64,000 nt of DNA from the human T2T-CHM13v2.0 reference genome, Homo sapiens (GCF_009914755.1 NC_060926.1); one strand, 5' to 3'; counted from the stretch's first letter, positions 1-12,935 are shown. Notes: a model not told the origin generated them from the sequence alone. Numbers and translations are program-made.

Positions 1-114
1 TTTGATAATAAAATAAGCAATGACAAATTGCTAGTAATAAATCTGTCAGGGCTTGGGTGGAGTCTCTGCTGGATGGCAACACTGTGTCCAAGGCAGGCAT
101 CAACTCCAATGTGT

Positions 115-330
115 ACAATGTGGTCAAAAGAATTGGAGGCAGACTATTTACATGCTGGTCCTAGACCTGTGACCTTTAACCTCTCTGAACCTCAGTTTTC
201 CCATCTATAAAGTGAGAATACTACCTGTCCCTGGCTACCTTAAAAGGAGGCATTCGGAGGATTAAGATGAAATAAAGTATTATGGGCTTTTTGAAAGTGC
301 ACATCACCAAAACAAAGCAAGGTGCTTATT
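115..330 (+). mobile_element. MIR SINE relic
   Basis: Core motif AACCTCTCTGAACCTCAGTTTTCCCATCTATAAAGTGAG; boundaries approximate. Confidence 0.8.
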
Positions 331-774
331 ATCAGTGCTTTATGACTTTGTGTCTTTCTGTCCACATCACAGAGTCAGGATGGGGCCAGAGTGAGGCAGT
401 TGTTGATTTATTTTGAGACATAAATCAATGTTTTTCAAAGGTTGACTCTACAAGTTTAAGCTATGAAGTGATGGTGACATCACTGGCCACACCCCCATCC
501 ATTCCAGTGAGTTGAGTTTGTGTGAGTGAAGTGACCCATTCAGTGGCTGCTTCGGCACAGAAGCATGGCCATAAACCAGCCGGGGTTGACCACTGTGCCC
601 AGGGAGGCTTGAGTTCCCTCTCTGGATGAGATCAGCACCGTGCCTAGGGCAGGAGGAGTCTTTCTCCAGCCCCCGACCAGAGTACAAGCTGAAGACCTGG
701 TGACGAGACTGCGGAGGGAGGATGTGGCACCCCCTCAGCGTCAACACTCGGGGGAGCGAGTAACAGCATTTGCT

Positions 775-952
775 CAGGAGTCAGAAGACTGATCTGAGCT
801 GCAGCCCTGCCACTCACCAGCTGTGAGACCTCAGACGTAGGACTTAGTTTCTCGGGCCCTTATACTTCTTTCAAATGGTGATAATGGTGCCTACTTCATA
901 GGCTGAAGTGACAGCAGTATTAAAACTGCCAAAGCACTGTATGAATGCAAGC
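775..952 (+). mobile_element. MIR SINE relic
   Basis: GGAGTCAGAAGAC...CTGCCACTCACCAGCTGTGAGACCT...AAATGGTGATAATGGTGCCTACTTCATAGG. Confidence 0.75.
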
Positions 953-1599
953 TGGAGGTGGTGGAGCTGCAGAAGGGGTAGAGGCAGCAGTAGTAAAATG
1001 TAGGTGGAGATGGAGGTGTTGTTGATAGTTATGTATAACTAGGATTCCAGAAGAGAATAAGTGAGTCTGTCCCAAATCACCAGAATTAATATCCAAGCTA
1101 GACAAGAACCTTGGACCTCAAAGAGCCCAGAAGATGGCAAAGACCCCTAGCAAAATGATCATTGGCCTTCTATGCCCATGGGACTCTATTGCTCACCTCC
1201 CTGGAATTCAAGAAGGCTTTAATCACAACAAGTGCACAGTACAGGCTGCAGGAAAACCTCTTTACTATAGAAGTGTCCCAGGGCACCAGCAGAGGGAGGA
1301 GAGGAAAAGCTGGCTTTTTCTTTTTGTCTGGTGCTGGGTCACTGGACTACAGAGCTCAAGAGGCTACAGACAAGGCCGGGATCTAAACTTGAGTTCCAAC
1401 CTACAATCTTCCACTTTCTGGTGAAGCCACCTTCAGCCTTTCTAGCAGCTTCTCAAGTGAGGCCCATGAGGGACTTTAACAAGATCCTCAGGAGATTAAT
1501 ATGCACATTAAAATTTAAGAGGCACTGATATCAAGTGTTGTGTCTGTGCTTAAAGTCCCTCATTGGTCTCTGGTGTTCTTTTTTCCACAGTATTCAATT

Positions 1600-1730
1600 G
1601 AATATTCATTCCTGTTCATTCAACAGATACTTACTATGCACCTGCCTCATGCTAGACACTGCGGATATGGCAGTAAATAACACTGACAGTCTAGGTCCTC
1701 AAAGAGCTTATGGCAATGTTGTCAAAAGAA
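1600..1730 (-). mobile_element. L2 3' end relic
   Basis: CATTCAACAGATACTTACTATGCACCTGC is the reverse-oriented L2 3' terminus pattern. Confidence 0.65.
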
Positions 1731-1928
1731 GTGAAAACCAAGATCATGGTCATAGCCCATCTGCTAGGGCAGATGCTTACCTGGCTGAACTCGGAGATGC
1801 CCAGAGCACTGGACATTCATCATGACACCTTCCCCTGAAGACACCTCGTTGAATAGCAGGGCACAGAAAGCTGTTTAGGTTACAGGTACTGGAATACAGT
1901 GACGGCACAGTACGCGGAGCTGAATTGC

Positions 1929-2507
1929 TGCAAGGAACATGGCTGTGCTTTGGTCAAGCACAGGCCGAGGTATACATCCAGAGTGACTCAGCGAGTTTAC
2001 AGTGCAGGCGTATAACTCCACCTGTTATCACAGCCATGTAGCCATAACACGGGAAGGCTTATCACTTGGCTCTAAGCCACTATTGTCTGTAAAGACATAA
2101 TTGCCTTGCTGACACTGTACAGGCGTGCTGGAACCCAGAGAAAGAGAGAGACAGAGCTGTCCGTCTTTGCAGATGAACAGAGGGGAGCCAGGACACAGCT
2201 CAGGCTGCTCGTGCCCAGAGAAAGAATTAAGCTGCTGACCCTGAAGGCAAACGAGAGCCGGCTGTGCAGCTCTGTGTGGGAGTGGCCAGAGTAAGCAGCC
2301 TAGACAGAGCGGACAGTATAAGTGAACAGCTGATGAGAGATGCTGAATAAAGCCACGTCTGATTTACCTGCTGTCTCTCAAGTGTTCTTTCAGCCACCGC
2401 CGCCCGCCGCCCCGTCCACCCACTCCTCGAGTGTTCTTCCAGCAACCCCCACACCTTGCCCCATCCACCCACTCCCCTCGGATCTCAGCTGGGGCTGGAA
2501 CCTGACA
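1929..2507 (+). mobile_element. Solo ERVL LTR, LTR18 family
   Basis: Starts TG...ACATGGCTGTGCTTTGGTCAAG, ends GGAACCTGACA, internal AATAAA near 2346; exact 5-bp TSD ATTGC at 1924-1928 and 2508-2512. Confidence 0.8.
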
Positions 2508-3556
2508 ATTGCTGAGCTGGGGCCTCTCTTCCTGGCCACCCTCTCCTCCTTGTCCTCTCTCTTCTCTACTTTTCCTCTCCCCTCCTCTTCTTTCTCCTCT
2601 TCCAGAATTGTCTGACCCCAAAGAGGGCTCCTATATTCTTTCCTACCATTTTTTTCTCCTGTTTCTTTCAGAAATCTCCACATGTATTTTACCAGTCTGT
2701 GTAGCAAAAACAACTGAGCATACTACAGCTCTCAAAAGTTTGTTTAAAGCCAGGATGACACACACACATCACACACCCCTCACACACAGCACTTAGGAAC
2801 AGCTATAGCTTTGCAACGTTGACTTTTCCTTTTGAACACTCTTTGGCTCAAATGCATAGTTGGGGCAAGCCAATCATCCGCCCACAGGCGCCAGGACGCT
2901 GGGAGGCCTCCAGCTGCTCTGCTCCAGGAAGATTAAGTACAGCTGTGATGCTCTGCTGTGCCAGGCAACCCTGCAGTTGAATTACATTTTGAAGGTCCAC
3001 AGGCCCTCCCCTTCCTCTGGCAGATTCTGCCAACAGCAGCAAATGCAGCTCAAACTCCGGTGGGGACAGGGGGAGAACACTGAGCAAGCAGGGCTGTTTG
3101 AAGCAGCAGAATCCAAATTCATGTCTTGGCTATGAGGCAGAAATTTCAGAAATGTATTCCTACAGAGGGGAATAAATCACTGAGTTGTCTTGAACTTGTG
3201 GTACAGAGTGGATGGGCTGCCTGAGTGCCTGAGCCCACACTCCACCTCGGCTCCTCCTAACATGAAACCAGAGCTAGACTGTTTGTCCACGATCAATGTT
3301 GTGGATGAAGCCCAGATCCCAACCTCTCCTGTAATTGCGATGGATATTGTGTGACCAGACTGTGCCCAGAGGACTGAACTTGATCTCCAGGATAGAATAT
3401 CTGACATAGATTCTCTCTTACTAAAAGAAAAGAAAGAAAATTGCCTCTAGCTTTCCAAGTGAAAGAAACTTAGCTGAACTCCCTCTTTCCAAGCCCCCAT
3501 TTACAACAAAGCTAACATGAACAGACTAATAACGTGTGCACCTCAAGGCATTTGGG

Positions 3557-4026
3557 TTTTTAAGTTCTGGGGTACAAGTGCAGGTTTGTTACACAGGAAA
3601 ATGTGTGCCATGGTGGTTTGCTGCACAGATCAACCCATCACTTAAGTATTAAGGCCAGCAGGCATTAGCTATTTTTCCTGATGCTCTCCCTCCCCAATTC
3701 CCCACATAGGCCCCAATGTGTGTTGTTCCCCTCCCTGTGTCTACATGTTCTTCTCATTGTTCAGCTTCCACTTATAAATGAAAACATGTCGTGTTTGGTT
3801 TTCTGTTCCTGCATTAGTTGGCTGAGGATAATGGCTTCCAGTTCCATCCATGTCCCTGCAAAAGATATGATCTCGTTCCTTTTTATGGCTGCATAGTATT
3901 CCATGGTGTCTATGTACCACATTTTCTTTATCCAGTCTATCATGGATGGGCATTTGGGTTGATTCCATGTCTCTGCTATTGTGAATAGTGCTGCAATGAA
4001 CGCACATGTGCATGTGTCTTTATAAT
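3557..4026 (-). mobile_element. 5'-truncated L1PA (older primate) 3' end
   Basis: ORF 3761..4303(-) contains the ORF2 C-terminus FIAALFTIAETWNQPKCPS...MEYYAAIK; L1 3'UTR follows. Confidence 0.92.
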
Positions 4027-4239
4027 CTGCTCCCTCTTCCCAGTCCACATGCATTATAGAGGGCTGGAGTCCCTCTCTTACTTTGAAAACCCAAATGCCA
4101 GAGGCTCTGTATTGCATGATTCCACCCCTATAATGCATGTGGACTGGAAAGAGGGAGCAGAGGGAACGAGAGAGGACTGACATTGACTCCCAGTCTTCTC
4201 CATGACGCCATAGGTGCCTGATCTCCTTCATCCTCATTA

Positions 4240-4400
4240 CTGAAATCATATTTGTAAGACATGATGATACAATTTTATGGATGAGGAAACTGAAGCTGAG
4301 CAAGATGAAGAGACATTCTCTTGAAAGAGCTGAGTTTACACAGCAAAGTCAGGATTCAGAGCCTGGCTGGCCTGATTCCAAAGTGCTTTCCACTATAACT
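4240..4400 (-). mobile_element. MIR relic
   Basis: ATTTTATGGATGAGGAAACTGAAGCTGAG core. Confidence 0.7.
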
Positions 4401-5556
4401 CACCATGTTCGAGAAGCCAACAAAGTTTCAGAAACCTCCTCCAGGGAGAGCATGGGCAGGGCCATGGACAGGGGAGGTAGACTTGTAATTAAAGCTTGGA
4501 AAATCCATGACATCTTTGGACACTATCTGACTGATAATTCACCCCACGTTGTTTCCCAGCAATGGAACTGGGGCTCCGGCATTGGCAGTCCTGCCTCCTA
4601 CAGGCCCTGACACCTTTCACCATCCTGAGCCAATTCTGGATAAGAGTGTGGCCAGTCGTGGATGCCGGAGTTACCGTTCCAGCCACACATCTATTGCAAC
4701 AGATGCCACATGTCCACCAACTGTCTTTACACCATCCTGGTCATCACCCTAGTTCCTGGGTAGCTCCTTTTTTGAGGCCTGGAGCCGCTGCATATTTGGC
4801 TGGTCTCCAATCTGAAGCCTTGCCCTCACCTCCCCCAGCTCCAAGTCTGATGGGCTTTCAGGTGGTTACCTGCCTACCCTTGTTTCTCACCAATGCAAGA
4901 GACTCTCTTTCCTGTGTCCCACATCTGGACCCTGAAAAGCCCACATCATTTTTCAAACTGATCTAGACCTAGTGATTTTTCAGCCACCTCCCTCAGAGTC
5001 CAGCTCCACATATGGGTCGCCCCTCCTCTCCCAGTGCCTCCTTCCTGTTGCCCTCCTATTTCCAACCTCATCCCTACCTCCACTGCCACAATCCCTTCCA
5101 GCCAAGCGTGTCTGAGCCATTCCTGTTGACAGGTACAGACACAGTGACTATGACGTGCTAACAGAGGACTGATGCATTATTTAGCATAAATGTGCAAAAT
5201 AGACATGTAGAACAGAACCTTCCCTGCCCGACAGTAGGAATGCAGTTACAGGATTTAGTCACAGCACTGGAACAATTTATGATTTCTCATCAATAACTAT
5301 TCATGAAAATGACTTATTGACTTTAACGGGACACGTCTAACTCAGACATTCCTGACCACACGTCACCTCAATATCTCATTCATCTTCCCATCGCTGGAAT
5401 GACATAGCTCTAGGAGGCAAAGATGTGAAATGAAAGCCTTAATCAAGTGGACAGTGCTTGTATCATAACATCCAACTGCACCATCTTGGAAGGATGTGCT
5501 GTCCCACACGACCACGGCGAGCCAGTGGTGGAAAATGAGTTACAAGGGGTGTGAGA

Positions 5557-5916
<360 letters not shown>

Positions 5917-6384
5917 TCATTGAACATGTTTGCTCATGCAAGGCAGCTGTGAAGGGCATTACCCAATAACCAGGCAGGAATCAATAACTCCCTGTCAGCA
6001 GGGTGGCCTGGAATCTTTGACATGTACCCAAAAGCATAAAAGAAAGCTGGCCAAGAGACCAGTATCTATGCTGGCCCAGCCTGCACTTTAGACATTGATG
6101 CGCCTGACCAGGTCTGCCTGTCCCAGCTGCTTCTCTATATCCCATCCCCTCAGTTTCCCTACCTGTTGTCTGTCCTTTGCTGTCCATGGCTCCTCCTTCT
6201 GAATGAGCTTTTTCTTCTCAGGAATCAGGATGCTGTGGAAGGAGGCCTTCATGCTCCCAAAGCCAGCACCCCAGATAGGCAGGAACACACCTCACCAACC
6301 TCCCGATGGCCCTCATGCAACCCAGAGAGTCTGCCAACTCTTGCTTACTGCCCTTTTCAACTTTCACCTGGGCACCTACAAGAG

Positions 6385-6543
6385 CAGTGTTTCTACGAAT
6401 CACCTGGAAAGCTTGTTAAAACACAGATGGCGGGGCTCCATCTAATTTAGCAGGACTGGAGGGAGTCTATGAATTTGTATTTCTAACAAGTTCCCAGGTG
6501 ATGCTGATGCCACTGGTGCTGGGACCACACTAGGAGAACCACG
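6385..6543. mobile_element. MER5A (hAT-Charlie MITE)
   Basis: CAGTGTTTCT...GAATCACCTGG...GAATTTGTATTTCTAACAAGTTCCCAGGTGATGCTGATGC...GAGAACCAC. Confidence 0.85.
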
Positions 6544-7009
6544 TGTGCAAGACAATGACTGAGAGTGCATTGAATCGGTGGAGGGGACTCCACAATCCTA
6601 CAAAACTTGACTGTCATGAGCCCAAGAAGGAGCCAGACAGGAAAATGCATCAACAACCCTGCTGTCTCATCTAATACAAGGCATCATTCACCCTGAGCAG
6701 AGGCCTGGCTATAATATTGTCCTTGCGTTCCTGTGTTGGGGCAATCAACAATTAAATGAGACCTTTATGGCACTTTAATAATACACCATGTAGGATGGGC
6801 CCAAGACAAACTTCCTATGAAATACATGCAGCCGCAGATTCCAGGTTCTTGGCCTCCTGTGGATTACAAGGCTGGTGATTGCTGGGGGCCTGCTAGGGGC
6901 AGCCCCACCTGGGGAAGACATGCCCTGAATTTCCTTCTGGGGCCTCTCCAGGAGTTGCTGTTTCCTCCTGAAGCAGGCCTCCAGGCCTCCGTTTGTTTAC
7001 AAAGCAAAA

Positions 7010-7119
7010 GGATTTCACCATGTTGGCCAGGCTGGTCTCAAACTCCTGACCTCAAGTGATCTGCCTGCCTCGGCCTCCCAAAGTGCTGGGATTACAGGCA
7101 TGAGCCACTGTGTCCGGCT
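7010..7119 (-). mobile_element. Alu left-arm fragment
   Basis: CACCATGTTGGCCAGGCTGGTCTC...GAGCCACTGTGTCCGGC. Confidence 0.9.
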
Positions 7120-7429
7120 GAAAAAGTGGACTTTTATGTTATTTTAAAACCACTATTATTTTGGGTTTTCTCACACACATACAACTGAGACTAATTCCAA
7201 TTCAAGGCCAAACTAAGTGGTCTGAGGACTTTGAACTTCATTCTATAGGCAATAAGGAGCCTATAGAATAGACAGTTTATAAGCTGTGGGGTAACTTGAT
7301 GTGGAAGAGAAAAAGGAAGAAGGAATAGAAATGACCCAAGATTGAAGGAGACTGTGGAAGCATCTTCCCGTTGATAGGAATGAGCAACTCTGATTTGGGG
7401 AGAAGGGTGATGAGCCTGGTTTTAGATGA

Positions 7430-7633
<204 letters not shown>

Positions 7634-7749
7634 TCAGAGAATCCAAAGGGAGGTGGAGGTGCAGAAACAAATCTTAAGAGAAAGGTAAGAACTGGAGCTA
7701 CACATCTGGAATCGCTCATGTGAAAATAATAGTTAACATGCTAGAACAT

Positions 7750-7975
7750 AGATGAGCCTTAGGACATGATGCTAAGTGAAATAACCAGTCACAGAAGAAC
7801 AAATACTGTAGCAGTCCACTTATATAAGGCACCTAGTGTAGTCCAACTCATAGAGACAACAGTCGAATGGTGGTTGCCAGGGGTTGAGAGAAGAGAGATG
7901 GATGGTGGTGGCGGCTACACAATCATCTGAATGTACTTAATACCACTGAACTGTACATTTTTAAATCATTAAGTT
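7750..7975 (+). mobile_element. L1MB 3' end fragment
   Basis: ATGCTAAGTGAAATAACCAGTCACAGAAGAACAAATACTGT...AATGTACTTAATACCACTGAACTGTAC. Confidence 0.85.
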
Positions 7976-8277
7976 GGGTCAGATATGGTGGCTTACACCT
8001 GTAATCCCAGCACTTTGGGAGGCCGAGGCAGGCAGATCACTCGAGGTCAGGGGTTCAAGACCAGCCTGAACAACACGGTAAAACCCCGTCTCTACAAAAA
8101 TTACAAGAAAAAATTAGCCAGGCATGGTGGCGCGTGCTTGTAATCACAGCTACTCGGGATGCTGTGGCACAAGAATTGCTTGAACCTGGGAGGCAGAGGT
8201 TGCAGTGAGCCAAGGTAGAACCACTGCACTCCGGCCTGGGAGACAGAGCAAGAGATTCTGTCCCCTCCCCCCAAAAA
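7976..8277 (+). mobile_element. AluS inserted at the L1MB end
   Basis: Dimeric Alu with C-rich degenerate tail. Confidence 0.93.
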
Positions 8278-9659
8278 TTGATTAAGATGATAAAAAATAC
8301 ATACATACATAAATGAAGGAAATATTTAGTAGCTTAACAAATAGCAGTAGCAAAATTCCCAAAAGTAGATGAGGCATCCTGGAAAAGAGGGAAGAGTGAG
8401 CCAGAAGGACTCACATTTGAGGGACAGCAGAAGGAAGCAATTCCAAAGAAAGAGAGACGGGTGGTCTGAGAGGCAGAAAGAAAGGGAGGAAAGATCTCAT
8501 GTCACAAAAGCCAGGGAGGGAAAGAATTTGTGACACCATTAGCAAATTTTTGGAAAGTAGCAATGCCAGAGGGTAGAGGAAGGGGTTTATTCAACAAATT
8601 CTAGCCAAATTGTTTTGATAACAAAGGAACCTCTGAGTTAGCACTGAGTGCAAGGCTGAAACTGCAGGTGGTGACCATCTAAATTGGATTTTTTTCAAAG
8701 CTGGTCAAAGAAAATGTCATGTACAAGACTGGGCCTGCATGAAGAGCAACCCAGGCATCTAGTTCATTGTCATCATTTTCAAAGTAAAAGCCTGCCTGCA
8801 TGAAGCACAATGGAAAATCCATCAAATTAGAAGTGAGTTTCTGGGCTGCGGTAGAAACTCAGCAATGTGGAATAAAAAGTACTTGCAGCATGCTGGGGGA
8901 AATGCCAACGAAGAGGGAGGTAAAAGATGGTCCCAGGGAGAAAGGACTCTGGAAAAGAAGCCTCATTGTCTGAAAACAGCTTCCTCCACTTTGAATTTGT
9001 GTGGGGAGGTGACATTTAACACATGATGAATGTATGGTCACTTTAAGGACTAACTGAGGCATGTAGGAAAAAAAAAACTCAGCTTAATATCTGGAAACAG
9101 AATTCCTCTTAGAGATGAAACTGTTTTGCCATAGCGTAATACCTTTAGAAGCCTTGAGATGGAAGGTAAGTCTGGGAGCTTAGGCTCTCAGTCGGCAAGC
9201 TAGCAAAAGAGAAAGCTCAATGGAGCTGCATCAGTGCAGGAGTAAGAGGGCAGACAAGGAGCAAGCCACTCTGCGAAGGCACCAAAGGACTTCTAAGAAC
9301 GGAAGCTTCTTAGAGGCCATTGTCTGTGACGTTAATGAAAATATACACCCTTTGTCTCCTCAAACTTTAGCAAAGTAGGGAGGTTTGGGGGAAAAGGAAG
9401 GAACAAATATGACTTCCATGTTGGCACAACATCAGGGTAGCAATAAAGGCAGAGGCCCAAGGCAACTGCAGGGGAGAGGAGCTCATTGGAGAAAGGAAGC
9501 TGGAACCAGAAGTGACTGTGAAAATGACACCAAGAAGACCCCAAGCAGCATCTGGGGTATATTACCCTAAAGGACCAGCTTAGCTGTGTTGGGATTTGGG
9601 ATTGATGTAATCACCCATCTCTTCAGCAAGATATCAGTCCTGTCTCCTGCAATCCCACA

Positions 9660-9830
9660 TAACAAACTGTGAGGGTGCAGGGGTGGTCCACAGTGTCAAG
9701 TAAAGCTGAGAGATCAAAGGAAAGGGGAACTAAGGAAAGATCATCAGGGTTGCAAAACAGCAGGTCATCAACAACAGTGGAGGCGAAATTTTCAGCAGGA
9801 GTGGGGCCAGGGTTGCTATATGCAGTAGTG
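9660..9830 (-). mobile_element. L2 relic
   Basis: GTGGTCCACAGTGTCAAGTAAAGCTGAGAGATCAAAG resembles antisense L2 ORF2. Confidence 0.6.
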
Positions 9831-9871
9831 TGGATTATGCACTGCACAAAGTCAGCAATCTACAGGGCACG

Positions 9872-10568
9872 TGATATGGTTTGGCTGCGTCCCCACCCAA
9901 ATCTCACCTTGAATTGTAATAATCCCCACATGTCAAGGGTGGGGCCAGGTGGAGATAATTGAATCATGGGGGCGGTTTCCCCTATACTGTTCTCGTGGCA
10001 GTGAATAAGTCTCACAAGATCTGATGGTTTTATAAGTGGGAGTTCCCCATGGATGAAGCTGGAAGCCATCATCCTCACCAAACTAACACAGGAACAGAAA
10101 ACCAAACACTCCATGTTCTTACCCGTAAGTGGGAGCTGAACAATGAGAACACATGGACACAGGGAGGGGAACAACACACACCAGGGCCTGTCAGTGGGGC
10201 GAGGGGAGGGAGAGCATCAGGACAAATAGCTAATGCATGCCAGGCTTAATACCTGGGTAATGGGTTGATAGGTACAGCAAACCACCATAGCACACGTTTA
10301 TCTAGGTAACAAACCTGCACATTCTGCACATGTACCCCAGAACTTAAAGTAAAATAAAACTTAAAAAAAAAAATAAATGGGAGTTCCCCTGCATACGTTC
10401 TCTTGCCTGCCGCCATGTAAGATGTTCCTTTGCTCTTCCTTTGTCTTCCACCATGATTGTGAGGCCTCCCCAGCCATGTGGAACTGTGAGTCCATTAAAC
10501 CTCTTTCCTTTATAAATTACCCAGTCTCAGATATGCCTTTATTATCAGCATGAGAATGGACTAATACA
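9872..10568 (+). mobile_element. THE1 (MaLR) solo LTR interrupted by an L1
   Basis: TGATATGGTTTGGCTG...GGACTAATACA; 5-bp TSD GCACG (9867-9871) / GCATG (10569-10573). Confidence 0.93.
10049..10372 (+). mobile_element. 5'-truncated L1PA nested in THE1
   Basis: ATGGATGAAGCTGGAAGCCATCATCCTC...AACTTAAAGT plus A tail; 17-bp TSD ATAA(G/A)TGGGAGTTCCCC at 10032-10048 and 10373-10389. Confidence 0.93.
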
Positions 10569-10786
10569 GCATGGCCCCCTTCACAGATTGGAGATTTATG
10601 ACAATCTTCCAGCCAAAGGGAGAAAAGCATCTTGAAGAATGAGTCCCGTTTCATAACTGGCACAAAGATGCCTTATGGGCTAGCAGCAGCCTTGATGGGG
10701 AGAGAAGGCATATGACAAGAAGGTTATAAATGAGTGGCTAGGGAAGAAATGAAAGCTGTGTATTTGCAGTTCCTATATGGGGATAT

Positions 10787-11406
10787 GTATTATTTATCGA
10801 TTGCTGCATAACAAACTACTTCAAAATTTAGCAGCTTAAAACAACAACACATCTCACCTCACAGTTCTGGGGGTCAGGAATCTAGGAGTGGTTAAACTGA
10901 GTGATTCTGGCTCAGGGTTTCTGATAACATGGCAGTCAAGCTGTTGGCTCGGGCTTCCGTCATCTCAAGACTCAACTGGGGCTGAAAAATCCACTTCTGA
11001 GCTTACTCTTTGGTAAGTTGGCAGGTGTCAGTCCTCACAGGCTATTGCACTGAGGATCTCAGTTTCTCACCACGCTACGTGGGCCTCTCTGTAAAGTTGC
11101 CCACAACATGGCAGCTTGCTTGCCCCAGTGCGAATGATCTGAGAAAGAGAAAGAAGAGGAGGGCAGGGGAGGAGAGGGAAGGGGAAGGAAAGGGAGGGAA
11201 GGGGAGGGAAGGGAAAAGGAAAGGAGTGGATACCTGATACAGAAGCCACAGTCTTTTTATAACCTAATCTCAGAAATTGTGTCCATCCCTTTTGCTGTAT
11301 TCTATTTGTTAGAATACGTGTATAGCTCAAGGGGAGGGCCTTACACAAGGCCATGAACACCAGGAGGTGGAGGGCATTGGGGGCCATCCTACAGGCTGTG
11401 TCATCA
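10787..11406 (-). mobile_element. MLT1 (MLT1F-like) MaLR LTR with internal purine-rich repeat (11140-11227)
   Basis: TTGCTGCATAACAAACTACTTCAAAATTTAGCAGCTTAAAACAAC...GGGGCCATCCTACAGGCTG. Confidence 0.8.
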
Positions 11407-11500
11407 GGATATATAGGCTCAACCACTCTTTCAAAAGGCAAAATCTTTCTCTCATTCTGGGGGTGAAATCATCAAGATGCAAACAAAATTCAGGAAAAGT

Positions 11501-11614
11501 GGGAGGTTACTATGAATCCAAATGTCAAAGTCAAGGGTAGAGACTGACATGAGATCAAAGCAAAAACATACAAAAGACTTAGCATCTGAATTAGAGAGCC
11601 ATGGCTAATGCTCA
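11501..11614 (+). repeat. 114-bp local direct repeat, copy 1
   Basis: 110/114 identical to 12439-12552 by manual alignment. Confidence 0.95.
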
Positions 11615-12438
11615 CTGTAAACCAGGACCAGGGTGTGCTCCAGTTAGTGACATGGTGGCTGAATTGAGCCAGATGGCAGGAAAAATGGCCATTGGCTGCC
11701 CCTCAGGGAAGGCCTCATCATTGGCTGCACAAGGCTTTAGCTTTGGTGCCCCAAGTGAGTTGCCTGCACCTACCTTATGTGGGTATGAAGAAAGCTCATG
11801 AAGGCTGAGAGGTTTCTAACCCAGAGTGAACAGCCTATGCAAAAACATAAAGAGGCATTAAAGGGAAACAAAGAACTTCACAGATGGGCACTGCTTCTGC
11901 TTTCTGTGTGGACAGAGCCTATCACGCAGAGATATGGAGGTAAGAACACACCAGATCAGCCAGTAACAGGTAGGACCTGTTCCCAGCACTTCCAACATCC
12001 AGGGCCATCCAGGCTTCCCAAAGGGCTGGGTTTGAGGCTGCAAACTATTCCTAGATATGCAAGTCCTATATGGAGAACTGCCCCCTTGGCCCTCCCTGAC
12101 TCACCCACCATGAGACTCTATGCTTTCTTTTAAATTTCTGGAGCACGGAGAAGCACAGAGATGAAAAGAGTTATTTTCAACTTGGAACATATCATGATAT
12201 GACAGCCAACTCTTTTGTATTCTTTTAGAGGTTCCTGGAATTTCTGAACTGCTCCTGAGTTGACTCAACTTCATAAATATTTATTGAAGGCCTGTTATCA
12301 TGATGGGTCAGCTCTAGGCCATGGTTGCTTCAGATGAAGTGAGCCAGAAAGAAGGAGAACTAGGAGGTAGACCAAGCTGGTGAGCATAGTGGCAGGAAGT
12401 TGCCATGCCCGAGATTGTAGTTGGGGGCCAGTTCATCA

Positions 12439-12552
12439 GGGAGGTTACCATGAATCCAAATGTCAAAGTCAAGGGTAGAGACTGACATGAGATCAAAGCA
12501 AAAACATGCAAAAGATTTAGCATCTGAATTAGAGAGCCATGGCCAATGCTCA
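12439..12552 (+). repeat. 114-bp local direct repeat, copy 2
   Basis: 110/114 identical to 11501-11614. Confidence 0.95.
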
Positions 12553-12935
12553 TCAGTTCCAAGAGAAAAGGGAAAACACTGCCTAGCCCGGGCCAGAGGG
12601 TAGCAGCCTGGAGCCAGCATCCAGTCCTGAGAGTGGGGGTGATGTGTCACTTGTTCAGCATCCTATCCCCAACACCCAGCACACTGATAAATTTAGGTGC
12701 TCAAGCCAGGCAAGGAGAACACAGGGGTGTGGTCAGCAGTCATCCATGTAGGCTCCCATAAATCAGGATTTGGGATCCAATTTGGGATGAGCATCAGGAA
12801 ACAAACAGGGAATGGTTTTCAGACACAGAGACTGGGAAAGGCAACTCAGGATCCAGAACAGATGAGTAGGGACACCTAACAGCCCGAGTTATGAATGCTG
12901 ATGCCAGGGCATTCCTAGGATTAATAATAGAAGTA

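Noticed and set aside
3761-4303. 180-aa ORF with a real protein motif
   Set aside because: The motif is the L1 ORF2p C-terminus of a truncated L1, fused by chance to flanking sequence.
8733-8806. GCCTGCATGAAG repeated twice about 60 bp apart
   Set aside because: Only 12 bp with no tail or recognisable insert; cannot be separated from chance.
11501-12552. The 114-bp repeats as LTRs of a mini-retroelement
   Set aside because: No TG...CA termini, primer-binding site, outer TSD or internal coding remnant.
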